Positions 36,102 through 47,192 of a DNA stretch of 47,192 nt are shown here, in pieces. The translations under genes and the position numbers were made by a program. This DNA comes from Octopus bimaculoides (lineage: Eukaryota), in assembly GCF_001194135.2 (NCBI RefSeq), contig NC_068982.1, forward strand, positions 173,864,452 to 173,911,643, given 5' to 3'. Within the stretch, counting starts at the first letter, position 1. Every line of letters starts with the position of its first letter. The notes under the pieces are model-generated. The model was not told the DNA's origin. It did not search any database and was given only the letters and a program-made list of their open reading frames with translations.

Positions 36102-36686
36102 ATCTGTATGTGTGTGTGTGTATTATGGAGAATACAGTGCGAATCAAAAGGGTTTAAATGATTTTAAATATTTTAACGGGACGAAAAATATGAGTATGTA
36201 AACACATTCCTTCTGTGAATTGCATACGTAGGAAAATGCGAAAATATCTTCTAACGGACTGTTTCCTGGTCTACTGACCACTCCTTGATATAGATCTGCC
36301 CATGAACAGCATGCATAATTCAGCTGCTCTATAAAACAGCCAGATCAATCTATCCACGTAGTAGAGAATTCAATTTGCATATTTCTTGTTTGACGGTTCA
36401 TCAATTCATTAAACGTATATTGTATGCACAACGCGGCGTTGGTCAGAGCGACTGAAAGTAATTTAAATAATAGAAATCTAAATACGGGTATGTACCTGCG
36501 CATGCGCGCGCGCGTGTGTGCGGCTGCTTATCTGTTTTCGAGTAAAACTCTGTACGTTATTTGAAAGGGTATCTGGTTTAGCAGAGATAAATTATATTCC
36601 CTATTACTTTTGTCATGCTCTTGCATAAATTGACCTTAAATGAGTTAGAGTCAATCTTTGTCTTTATTATAATTAATTTAATTCCT

Positions 36687-36865
36687 AGGGCGGTGAGCTG
36701 ACAGAATCGTAGGCACGCTGGATGGAATGCTTAGAGGTATTTCGTCTTTCTTACGTTCTGAGTTCAAATTCCGCTGAGGTCGACTTTACCTGTCATCCTT
36801 TCGGGGTCGATAAATTAGGTACTAGTTGAATGAAAGCTGTCCTTGTGGCAAAATTTGAAACTATT
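36687..36865 (+). mobile_element. SINE family A with a shortened 3' region and TSD
   Basis: Head and central block are intact. ATTAATTTAATT(C/T)CT occurs at 36672-36686 and 36866-36880. Confidence 0.85.
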
Positions 36866-37399
36866 ATTAATTTAATTTCTTCAATTCCTTTTGAGTCTGC
36901 TGAAGGCTTTTTGGTTCATTTTGTTTCTCTGCGCATATTTTGAACTATATTAAAAAATAGTCTTTAAAAATATTCTGCTATACTCTATGTTTCTTTCTTA
37001 ATGAAGGCAACATGTTCGAGAGGGCGCTGAAACGTTTCTGGTTTTGGGTAAAAGAAAATACAGAAGGATCAGTTAATTAGGATACTATTCAGTATATTTC
37101 CCTCTCAGATTCACACACGTATTCCAGCAGTCCTTCAGTTTTTCTAAGCCCTGTAAAAGAACTTGAAATGTAAAGCCTACAACCAGACCTTTCGCTATAC
37201 TCTTAAAGTTAGGAACTTTTCAGTACCCCCTCGTATGCTAGGCTTTACCATTATGTTCCTACCTGAAGCATTTGCATGTCGCAGCTGATATGTTGATACC
37301 TGTCTATATTTATTTTTTTAAAAGATGTGTTTATTCACGACCTAATTAAAAAATACGTTCTGTTTTTTTTTTTTATATATACATTATTTGATTATTGCA

Positions 37400-38000
37400 C
37401 TCACAGTTGAACCAAAAATTATAAGTTAAACTTTCTATGATTCCTTACAGATTTTTGCAAATATAGATTTGTTGCATATATTTGATCTCGAATTCAGTCT
37501 TGATTTAATGATCTGCCAGAAATTTCCAAATAAGATTTAGATTTGGATTCTATCCAGGCCAAAACAAAGTCTTAATTTTATGCTAATGGGCTATTTTTTC
37601 GACTAATTTGGCAGAATGAGCAAGATCATAATTATCTTGGTGTATTGCCAGTCTGGTTTGAATTAAGCTTTGCTATAATGGGGTAGAAGTTGCTTTTGAA
37701 AATGTCTTGAAATAAAATGAGTAACACTTCCATTGCAAAAGTATGTATCATCCAACACCTTAATTTCTAGAACATACGTCATTTCAAAATGTCACCAGCT
37801 AAAAAATGTGCTTGTCTGTTGTATGGAATCTTTCTTGAAATTTTTAATTAATCTTCTTAAAGATTCAACGGAGGCAATATATTGTAAGAAACCGAAAGTA
37901 GTGTCTTTACAAAGTTAAAAATAAAATAATGCCACTAATGTTTCTTCCGCATTTTCTCTTCGTTTTTGATATTTATAACTTGAGTTACAAGGCTGAAGCT
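37400..38000 (-). pseudogene. Degenerate Tc1-like (DD34E-type) transposase catalytic relic
   Basis: FQKQLLPIIAKL, then QDN (37631-37639) YDLAHSAKLV...KIKTLFWPG (37553-37561) *NPNLNLI.NFWQIIK. Compare Tc1 'QDN.P.H.....L.WP..SPDLNPIENLW'. Confidence 0.55.
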
Positions 38001-39285
38001 AAACTGTAAGTTGCATATTCGTTTTGGCATTTTTTTATGATGCGACAGGATATATTGATTTCGTCCCTTGTGTGAAAGACTTTGAAAATAAAATGTGGAT
38101 TTGTTTTTTGTCGCGAAACACTAGTTGTTTTTGTTTTTGTGGGATGATATATTTTCTGGATATTAACCCTTCTTTCTTCGTTTTTATATGTACGATGGTT
38201 CATGGAAATCTAATTTTATTTCATTTGCCTCGCTTTTGACGGCCCTGCAGCTACTGACATCATTATAAAATGATAGAATCATTCTTTCATTGGTATTACA
38301 CAAATGTCTAATTCTTTTAGAAGGAGCCATCATGCATGAAATAAACAGAAATCTTGCACTGTGAAATTACCTAAAACTATTAAAGATATATACCAAACGT
38401 TAATGAAAAAGTAGTTTGCACTCAAACTTTAATTAACACTAAAAAAATAAAGAAACGAAATTGAAGCGAGTGAAGAAAAACTGAAATGATGGATTAAAAA
38501 TAAGAAAATTCAAATTTAAAAGAAGTATCACATGACTAAAGTAATTAAATTATGACAAGAAAGCCAGATCCCTACTGTGAATTTTTGGTTTCTGCTGAAA
38601 GTAATCAAGAAATATTTTATGCCACGCTGTGCACACACACGTACACACATACACACATATGTATATGTATATGTGTGTGCGGATATATGTATGCATATGT
38701 ACATATGTATGTGTCTGTGTGTTTCTTATATATACGTATATACATAAAATAATGTGCGTGCGTGTGTGTGTGTGTGTTTAGGTGTGTGTGTGTTTGCGTG
38801 TGTGTGCGTAATATTTATATGTATAAGCATTGGTTGTTGCTTGTAAACGTCAGCATTTGTGGAGAAATGTCGGCTTAAAGGAAAAACGGGACTGATCCCC
38901 CAAAGGAATGAAACAGAGAGAATTGAGGAAAAGCGATACTGAGAAAAACTGAGTGTTGTAAAGGAGTTTAACTAGAATAGGATTGTTAGTGTGACGTACG
39001 GAAGTGCTATTAATGAGAGCGAACACACGCACCTCTCATACATACATTCCTACTCATCTCTCTTAGACCATTTCTCTTAGATGCACAGACAGCGTATTGG
39101 AACACTAGTCGTTAAGTATATCATTTAGAAGTCAATATTTTCAAAATGCTATTTTGCACTTTTAAATATTGCACAAAATTGATTATAATTAATTATTCCA
39201 TTTTTCACATGTCAGTTTGTTTATATTATACTACTTGATTCGGACATAGAGACATATAAAACACACATTCACAGACACTTTTATG

Positions 39286-39331
<46 letters not shown>

Positions 39332-39644
39332 NNNNNNNNNNNNNNNNNNNNNNNNNNNNNNNNNNNNNNNNNNNNNNNNNNNNNNNNNNNNNNNNNNNNN
39401 NNNNNNNNNNNNNNNNNNNNNNNNNNNNNNNNNNNNNNNNNNNNNNNNNNNNNNNNNNNNNNNNNNNNNNNNNNNNNNNNNNNNNNNNNNNNNNNNNNNN
39501 NNNNNNNNNNNNNNNNNNNNNNNNNNNNNNNNNNNNNNNNNNNNNNNNNNNNNNNNNNNNNNNNNNNNNNNNNNNNNNNNNNNNNNNNNNNNNNNNNNNN
39601 NNNNNNNNNNNNNNNNNNNATATATATATATATATATATATATA

Positions 39645-40470
39645 GTTGAAATTTATAGGAAAACAAAAGACGAAGACAGCTGTATGAACAACAAGCGGGT
39701 GTCTTAGTTTGACGCTCGGGAAAGTGAAAAAGTCTTTTACGTTTCGAACCTACGCTCTTTAACAGAAAGGACTAAGAGGAAATAAACAGAGAGAGAATAT
39801 AAAAAACTTGTAGATTTAGCGTTCAAGCATGGCGACTAATTTGAAAAATGTTTCACAGAAGAGGTTGAAGGAAGGGGAGAAAATAATATATTGGTAATCA
39901 CAATTGGTAATCCCAAAACGAAGGTGCGCATGCGTTATGTGTGTGTGTGTATGTGACAATGTGTAAGTGTGTGTGTGGAGAGGGGCTTTGACGTGTGTGC
40001 ATGTGTGCGTCGGTAACCTGTAGGTGCGTGGATGATGGAGTGTGGTATGGGTGCTAGTGTGTGTGGAGTGGTGTGGGGTGGAATGATGTGGTGTGGTGTG
40101 GTGTAGGTGGGGATGTGGATGCTGGGTTTGGGATGTTGATGTGGGTGGGGATGTAGATTTGGGTAGAGGTGTGGTATAGAGGAAGGTGGGTGGGTGGAGT
40201 GGAGTGGGGATGGTATCAATAAAGACAGGTGTTGTAGTGAATGACCGATAGAGCGGAAATGGTGCTAGACCAGAGTGTTATTGCTCAGTCTGATGTTTTG
40301 GGGGTGCTCGCGAACCGGTCAGCCGTTTGACCGATGTTTGACCGATGTACAGAGAAGGGCAGAAAGAGCAGGAGATGCAGTAAATGACGTTGCCAGAAGT
40401 GCTGGTAAAGGAGACAGTGATACGATAGGGGCGATGATGGGTGCATGTGAGGATGGTGGTGTTGGAAAGA
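39645..40470 (-). mobile_element. 3' end of a Penelope-like element: GIY-YIG endonuclease relic, low-complexity spacer, terminal region
   Basis: YRITVSFTSTSGNVIYCISCSFCPSLYIGQT (40391-40335), an 11-bp duplication, then ADRFA(E)H. The terminal region holds a CTGTTAA-A-GAGC-GTAG-GTTC-GAAAC motif at 39731-39765. Confidence 0.72.
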
Positions 40471-40682
40471 AGCCCGTCGTATATATNNNNNNNNNNNNNN
40501 NNNNNNNNNNNNNNNNNNNNNNNNNNNNNNNNNNNNNNNNNNNNNNNNNNNNNNNNNNNNNNNNNNNNNNNNNNNNNNNNNNNNNNNNNNNNNNNNNNNN
40601 NNNNNNNNNNNNNNNNNNNNNNNNNNNNNNNNNNNNNNNNNNNNNNNNNNNNNNNNNNNNNNNNNNNNNNNNNNNNNNNNNN

Positions 40683-40925
40683 TGTGTGTGTGTGTGTGTG
40701 TGTGTGTGTTTGTGTGTCTGTGTTTGTCTCCCAACATCGCTTGACAACCGTTGCTGGTGTGTTTACGTCCCCGTAACTTAGCGGTTCGGCAAAAGAGAAC
40801 GATAGAATAAATACTAGGCTTACAAAGAATAAGTCCTGAGGTCGATTTGCTCGATTAAAGGTAGTGCTCCAGCATGGCCGCAGTCAAAGGAATGAAACAA
40901 GTAAAAGAGTAAAAGAGTAAAAGAG
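40683..40925 (+). mobile_element. 3' half of SINE family D (internal (TG)n, central block related to family A, (GTAAAAGA)n tail)
   Basis: GGTTCGGCAAAAGAGAACGATAGAATAAATACTAGG...GTCCTGAGGTCGATTTG...GTGCTCCAGCATGGCCGCAGTCAAAGGAATGAAACAAGTAAAAGAG. The 5' part lies in the gap. Confidence 0.7.
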
Positions 40926-41714
40926 ATTTGTAAGATACGGTCATGAAAATACTATACACACCGACGAAGGAAATCGATCTTGCACTGGATCCGAAAACGT
41001 TCCGAGATTATGCACTACATGGGGGGCTCTACATGGCTTTGGGGGCTCTACATGCACTACATGGCTTTGGGGGCTCTACCCACATCTGTGTGTCACTGTC
41101 TCGTGATCTTTTCCACAAGTGTCTTTTGTCTGTTAGTATCGCAACCCAATGGTGGACTTGGAAGTAGTTCCTTTCAATACTGTTATCCTCGAACTAGACT
41201 GGATAGCTGTATTACCAAATGCTTAAACTGAGCAAATTACATTAAGAGAGCTGAAGACGAGGCTATTAAAGTCAATACTTTTTTTAGAGTATATGGTAGA
41301 ATCTAAGCATGTACAGCCTGATTAAATTTCATATAAACAGAACACAAACACCAGTTACGCAATGTAAATATATGTGTGTATGTGTGCAAGTGTATGCAGA
41401 AGCGTGTGCAAGTGTATGCAGAAGCGTGTGCATGTGCGTGTGAGACAGAGTCTGCGTGTATCAGTGTGCGTTCTACATTCACATATGAATGACTGACAAA
41501 TTTTCAAGCAAGAGATGCAGTCCAACTGGGAGCCATAAAAATAGCATAAGCCTATATTGTGTAGTAATATATCATTTCCATCTGATAGAAAAGAACACAC
41601 AAACATACTCACACACACATATACACGCACATACTCACACACACAAACATGTATATGTGCATACCTATGGGCAAACATACATGCATATGTACATAGATAC
41701 AAAAATGTGTATAC

Positions 41715-41785
41715 ATGCATACATACATACATACATACATACATACATACATACATACATACATACATACATCATTACATACATA
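41715..41785. repeat. (ATAC)n microsatellite adjoining the maT terminus
   Basis: Directly visible. Confidence 0.9.
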
Positions 41786-42676
41786 CTGGGTGCGGTGAAT
41801 AAACTGTCGTCTAAATTACGCAAAAATGAAAATAACACTAACATCTCATTTTAAAAGTTGTATTTACCAAAATTACATGAAAATATCTTGAAATATTAAA
41901 CAGTAACCTTATTCAATAACATCGCCATTGGTTTCAACCACGGCCTCCAGACGACTTCAGAATCTCCTGCAACTATTCTGGACAGTTTCCTAGTTTAAGT
42001 TGGCGAATGCTGCCATAACCCTTACCTTCAGTTCATCTTTGGTGTTGCAAGGAGTCTTGTTGGTGTCTCGCTCGACTGCGTCTCATACATAATAATCAAG
42101 AGGGCTGCAGTCTGGAGAGTTAGGTGGCAAGATGATAGGGATGATGTGGTCGCAGAAATTGTCTAATAGCCATGACTGGGTTCTCCTGCTCGTATGGCAT
42201 GGTGCAGAGTCCTGTTGCCAGATATAGGGTCTTCTAGCAGCCACTCTCCTGGCCCACGGCAGCACTATCTCCTCAAGGCACTTGATGTAGGCCTCTGTGT
42301 TGAGTCTGAGGTCGTGTGGGAAGATGAATGGAGGCATAACGTCACCATTCACTAATGATCATTTCAAACACCATGATGTTTACTGGATGTTTGATTTTTA
42401 TCACTCTAGGTACATGTCCTCAGATTTCACTGTCCTCAGATTGACACCAAAATACTCTGCAATGTTCGTATTCGACCTTCCGGCGCGAATGTCAAGCAGT
42501 ACAGCATGTCGTTTCCAAATTTCTAGCAGAGTGAATTGCGTCATCATGCTGTTTTCTTTTTCACTGACTGTGTCTGACTGACCCTAGTACGCAGTGTAGC
42601 CGACAAAATCAAAAACAAACAATGCATATTCACGAAATTAAAAATATAAAATGGCGACAATTTACCCATCGCATTG
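41786..42676 (-). mobile_element. Internally deleted DD37D (maT-like) Tc1/mariner DNA transposon
   Basis: Imperfect TIRs: TA|CTGGGTGCGGTGAATAAACTGTCGTC versus the reverse complement of the right end, CAATGCGATGGGTAAATTGTCGCC. A transposase relic lies inside. Confidence 0.85.
41909..42547 (-). pseudogene. DD37D transposase pseudogene
   Basis: N-terminal HTH MMTQFTLLEIWKRHAVLLDIRAGRSNTNIAEYFGVNLRTV, a deletion, then KIKHPVNIMVF and QQDSAPCH...PPNSPDCSPLDYYV with exactly 37 residues between the 2nd and 3rd Asp. C-terminus RLEAVVETNGDVIE*. Several stops. Confidence 0.88.
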
Positions 42677-42712
42677 TGTGTGCGCGCGCGTATGATTATA
42701 AAAGTTACTCCA

Positions 42713-42788
42713 GATAGATAGATAGATAGATAGATAGATGGACGGATGGATGGATGGTTGGATGGATGGATGGATGGATGGATGGATG

Positions 42789-42852
<64 letters not shown>
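42713..42852. repeat. (TAGA)n/(TGGA)n microsatellite
   Basis: Directly visible. Confidence 0.95.
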
Positions 42853-42853
<1 letters not shown>

Positions 42854-43229
42854 TAGAAACTGTAGATTGTACATAAGTCTATATTTTGAGTACTGTGTTC
42901 CATATTACAATCTGTCATTGTTATTTTCTTCTATTAAATCCTATGATAACTATTTCTCTTCCGTTAATCTGGTTTTTCGTTTGTACAAGTCCTCTCATCT
43001 ACTCATTCTTTTAATTTTGTTGCCCTGAATGTACAAGGACAACGAAAATAAATGAGGACTCATTAGAGCTTGTTGTGTTGCAGATTCCCTAAAGCTTGAT
43101 AATGCCACGATAAAATGAAGTAATTACAGTTTACAAAATTTACTGTAAATTAGAAAATACTTTTGCTTATTGAACGTAGAAAGCTCTTGCTCTTTTTTTT
43201 TTTTTGTCTCTTCTATATGCGCTGCGACA

Positions 43230-43478
43230 AAGGGCACCAAGTACACCCTGTAAAGTGGTTTATGATAGGAAGCTCAGCCCTGAGTAGGCACTAAACCAAA
43301 AATGAAACATATGAGTGAAATGATATACTTCGATACGTCAAGACAGACAAGGCAGTAAATCCGAATATGAACTGACTCGGATAGTGGCAACACATCTAAT
43401 CCATTCCAGCATGGGAAGCTGGCATAAAATGAATGTTATGATCATATTCCTGATGATGATGATGATGATGATGATGAC
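43230..43478 (+). mobile_element. Degenerate 3' half of another SINE-like repeat ending in (GAT)n
   Basis: ACACCCTGTAAAGTGGTT...AGGAAG...CTAATCCATTCCAGCATGGGAAGCTGGCATAAAATG followed by (GAT)n. This resembles SINE tails I recall from invertebrate genomes; there is no second copy in the window. Confidence 0.35.
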
Positions 43479-43481
43479 AAG

Positions 43482-43541
43482 CGATGAAACAATGATGACG
43501 ACGATGAAACAATGATGACGACGATGAAACAATGATGACGA
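43482..43541. repeat. 20-bp perfect tandem repeat, 3 copies
   Basis: CGATGAAACAATGATGACGA at 43482, 43502 and 43522. Confidence 0.95.
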
Positions 43542-43719
43542 CTACGATGATGGCACATATTGTATTGAATATATTATTATGCTATACTAGTGTCTATTCT
43601 TTTCACAATTCTTTCATATTTAAATATTTATATCTCTCCTGTACTCCTGTCTGCTCGCACACTAACCCTTTCTTTTCTAAATGTAGCCCTTTCACCACTC
43701 CCAACAAATGCATATTCTA

Positions 43720-44030
43720 CATTAGTACCTTTCCAATGCAACTCTAGTAACCTGATACAAACACTCCAATGTTCCCTAGTAATTTTATTTAAATTGGGCA
43801 TACCGGCTACCAACAGCTTCGCGAAGCACTTCAGAGAAATCTGATATGGCAATGGGTCGCCAGATGCTCGACATTTCCGCTATACTGATCATTCCACCAA
43901 AACTTTCTCGGGCTTCGATGTATACATCATCGCCAGATTTCAACCTACTCGGCTCTAGAGGGAACAGGAGCTCATTTTCTTTCTCCAGTCTTATACGCCT
44001 TTGTTTTCATTCCTCCGCTTCAATTCTAAC
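43720..44030 (+). pseudogene. GIY-YIG endonuclease relic of a Penelope-like element
   Basis: FQCNSSNLIQTLQCS..., IGHTG, ...NSFAKHFREI*YGNGSPDARHF..TDHS...RL*REQELIFFLQSYTP, across frameshifts. Confidence 0.65.
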
Positions 44031-45164
44031 TTACATTTACTCTTAACTTGCTCTATCACTATATACTTCTCCCTTTGTTTCTCTTCTTCTCTCACGCTGA
44101 TCCCATGCACCAACTCACACTCTGTCTTACAACCCAAATCTTACTGCATAATTACCTCACACCAACGCACTCGTCCTCAACACACCAACATTGTTATGAG
44201 ATACACACATCCCTCCCTGCCACCACCATTCCCCATACACCTCACGCACATATTCTTCTTCTACAACTTTGTCTCCTTGCCGCAAGCACGTACTTCGTTT
44301 CATTTCACCAGATTCTATTCTTTGTGGATTTTACTAATTCCTTCTCATCCATGGACACACCATGAGCTTAGTTCTGTGATTTCTTTAAAAAAAAACTCTT
44401 CACATTTCTCCTTCTCGCATAAATAGTACCTTATAATATTCTAGTTTTTACATTTTTTCCCGTGTAAAATCGTTTCATACTCATACACTTGCACACACAT
44501 CTACCACATCCTCCACATCCTCCTTGCTTTTCTACTTGTCTCAACTAGAAATACTTTTGCTAGTTCCTCACTCCTTTGGAGATTCCATCCAACGTCACCG
44601 GATTTACTGTAATTTGTAGTTTTTGAATAATTTTTCTTTGACTTTTCTTCTCTCAGAGAACCCCTACGTTTCCTTTCTAGCTTTTTTTAGTTTATACATT
44701 TCTTCCATAGAAAGCCGTTTCATATTTAAACACGTGCAGACACACCTATCACACATTTCACATTTCTGTTGCCTTCCCATTTGCCTCGTGCTTGCAAGCA
44801 CTCCCATGCCATTCCATTCAATATCTCACCAAGCACACACGTAACAATTACACACATACTCACACGCAACCAATATATTAAATCCCTACTAACTTACACC
44901 ACTATACATCTGCATTTGTTCACTTCTAATCATACACAGACACGCACAAACACACACACAAACACACACACACGAAATATTACAACCAATATCTCTATGC
45001 TCACTTCCAAACTCGGGTATACTCTTATACATACATATACACATCTTCCTCGCTTCTCAACTTGCCTCATAAGACCGTATTCCTACCTGGTTCCGACGAA
45101 TCTCGTCCTTTTTTCTCTTACGAATATTCCTCTTCCACATTCCTCCTGCACATATCCTTTCTTT

Positions 45165-45200
45165 CTGATGAAGAACTAACGTCCGAAACGTTGAGGCGTT
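45165..45200 (+). ncRNA. Hammerhead-like core motif in the probable terminal region of the PLE at 43720-45330
   Basis: CTGATGA-A-GAAC-TAAC-GTCC-GAAA-CG-TTGAGG-CG-TT. Both half-cores are intact, stem II has one mismatch, and helix I is not directly formed. Confidence 0.35.
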
Positions 45201-46131
45201 TTCATTTTCTTTTCATTAAAGAGATATGCTAATACCATATTTCTTAAATCTTGTCCTTCCTTTGTTATCCTTTAATATTATTGTTCATTGGATTTGCAAT
45301 GTGTGTCTGTGTTTGTGTCCATATTAAGGAAGTGGAACAGGTAAAATCCAGGCGAAATATGTTTCCGAACTAGCTGATCCTCTGATGAAATAATTTGAAT
45401 TTTTAAAGCATTGATACTTCTCTAGTTGTTAACCGTGAGCTACACAATTTTTTTTTCACCTTATCGAACTTCGATATGGGAAAAAACTACAACCTTCGAC
45501 GCCAATAAATTATTATTGTCCCCGAACGTTGTTTTTTATACCCACCACGGACTGCTCAAAGCTTATAAATATGCTATGCTTAGATCCTTGGATCTCACAA
45601 TAACATCGATAGATAGATAGATAGATAGATAGACAGATAGATAGATAATGACTGTCTTTGAGAGAGAGTGTGTGTGTATATGCACATATATGTGTAAATG
45701 TATACACACACGCACAGACACAGACACGCACACGCACACATACACATAGAAGACATAGTCATATCTGCCTGTATGCATACACATTTACGTAGGCTCGTGC
45801 ATTCGCACACACATTTATGCATGAGTAATAGATTACTTGCATTATGATTGTGTGAGCTGCGTGTCTCTGTGAGAAGACAATAAAGGCTGAAAGGGCTATA
45901 TAATTGTTTCCAAGAACAATTGATCTCTTTCTCTTCCTTTGTGCTCCAGACATCCATCTACAACCCTTCCGTCCTCTCGCCACTCGTTCATCAATCCATC
46001 ACCCTACCTGTTCACAACTCTACACATCTCCCTGTCCTTGCCTGTTTCCCTAGGCCACAGTCGGCAATCTACTCCACTTAAGACAATTAACGATTGTTGC
46101 GCTGCTCCTTTCACGCGCATTATTGATCCCT

Positions 46132-46137
46132 CTTCTT

Positions 46138-46226
<89 letters not shown>
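46132..46226. repeat. (TCT)n(TAT)n microsatellite
   Basis: Directly visible. Confidence 0.95.
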
Positions 46227-46227
<1 letters not shown>

Positions 46228-46440
46228 TCTTTCTTTCTTTCTTTATTTATATCTTTCTTTCTTCCATCATCATCCTGTATTTACTTTCGTTTCGTTTCAT
46301 TCTTTGTATTCTTTTCCTTCGTTATCTTTCTTATCGGCTTCCTTTTGCTTTTTCTATTTTCTTTATCTTAAATAATTAATAATGTTATTATTAGTATTAT
46401 TGTTGTTGTTGTTGTTGTTGCCGATGTTATTGTTGTTTTA

Positions 46441-46612
46441 AAGACGGATAACGTATTTAGCAGCATTTCGTCCGTTTTCATGTTCTGAGTTTAAATGACG
46501 CCGAAATTTGTCTTTCATCCAATCAGTGCCCCAGTTGAGCAATGAGATCGATGTAATTGACTAATCCTTCCCACAAAATTTCAGTCCTTGTGCCTATAGC
46601 AGAAAGGATTAA
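46441..46612 (+). mobile_element. Degenerate SINE family A
   Basis: ATTTCGTCCGTTTTCATGTTCTGAGTTTAAAT...CCTTGTGCCTATAGCAGAAAGGATT. Confidence 0.7.
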
Positions 46613-46644
46613 TATCAATATTTCTATTATTATAATTATTATTG

Positions 46645-46820
46645 TTGTTGGCAGAATCGTTAGCACGCCGAGCAAAATGTTTAGCGGTATTTTGCCTGTC
46701 GCTATGCTCTGAGTTTAAATTCCGCCGTGGTCAATGTAACACTGAGGTCGATGTAATCAGCTATTCTCCCCCCACCCCAAATTTCAAGCGTTGTGCCTAC
46801 AGAAGAATGGATTATTATTA
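46645..46820 (+). mobile_element. SINE family A lacking the central block, with an (ATT)n tail
   Basis: TGGCAGAATCGTTAGCACGCCGAGCAAAATG...CACTGAGGTCGATGTAATC...TTGTGCCTACAGAAGAATGGATTATTATTA. Confidence 0.75.
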
Positions 46821-47192
46821 TTTTATGTTTGACTTTTGTTTTGCATTTGTACAAGTTGGATCCAAGTCTCACCCAGAGACCTCAAGAGACAACAAGTTAA
46901 AAGTTCATGTAGGTGTTATGCCTAGGGTACCATATATTTGGATTTGTACAGTTTTGTTCTAGTGAATGTTTAAGAAACTATAAGAAAATTATGTGTTTGT
47001 TTTAAAATTTGAGATCTATTATTCAGTAGTTTTATTTTTATAACGTGCTTTCACTTCACTACCGAGCGCAGCTCTGTGCGCCTTGAGTATGTGCTGTGGT
47101 TTGCTGTGGTGCTCTTATGGTTACTATGTTGAAAGTGTTTTGCGTAGGATGTGTGCAGTGCCCAGTAGTGCAATTTTCTGTATGTTATATAT
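46811..47192 (-). mobile_element. 3' end of an RLE retrotransposon, 3'-UTR family 1; continues beyond the window
   Basis: 47124-47192 encodes IYNIQKIALLGTAHILRKTLST*. 46811-46959 is the reverse complement of 16560-16705 with one mismatch by eye. Confidence 0.88.

Noticed and set aside
41247-41280. CTGAAGA...GTC as a further hammerhead
   Set aside because: No GAAA half-core and no convincing stem II.

Overview
AT-rich eukaryotic non-coding DNA from a fragmented assembly, with 8 N-gaps (4374-5323, 7331-7896, 16179-16555, 21372-22244, 27880-27928, 31688-32234, 39332-39619, 40487-40682), most of them bordered by microsatellites. I recognise no host protein-coding exon, rRNA, intact tRNA or CRISPR array. 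Nearly all ORFs in the supplied track are artefacts of microsatellites or N runs. The repeat landscape suggests a mollusc/cephalopod (Octopus-like) genome, but this is inference only. The window is a transposon graveyard with these parts: (i) about 15 copies or fragments of one tRNA-derived SINE family plus several other SINE families; (ii) at least 5 fragments of restriction-like-endonuclease (RLE; R4/Dong-like) non-LTR retrotransposons, each anchored in a (TAA)n tract and clustered at 15.8-20.1 kb, plus an older relic; (iii) four Penelope-like (PLE) relics, two with a recognisable GIY-YIG domain, and several degenerate hammerhead-ribozyme-like motifs; (iv) DNA transposons: a 2.16-kb Sola2-like element with both termini, an internally deleted DD37D (maT) element, a DUF4817-type Tc1/mariner 5' fragment and a DD34E-like Tc1 relic; (v) a 513-bp TA-flanked near-perfect palindrome. 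I found no clearly new biological system. The best leads are the long palindrome, the (TAA)n-targeted RLE cluster with its shared 3'-UTR hairpin motif and its apparent use of a SINE tail as a target, and the PLE-linked hammerhead-like motifs. All alignments and translations were done by eye, so boundaries are approximate.
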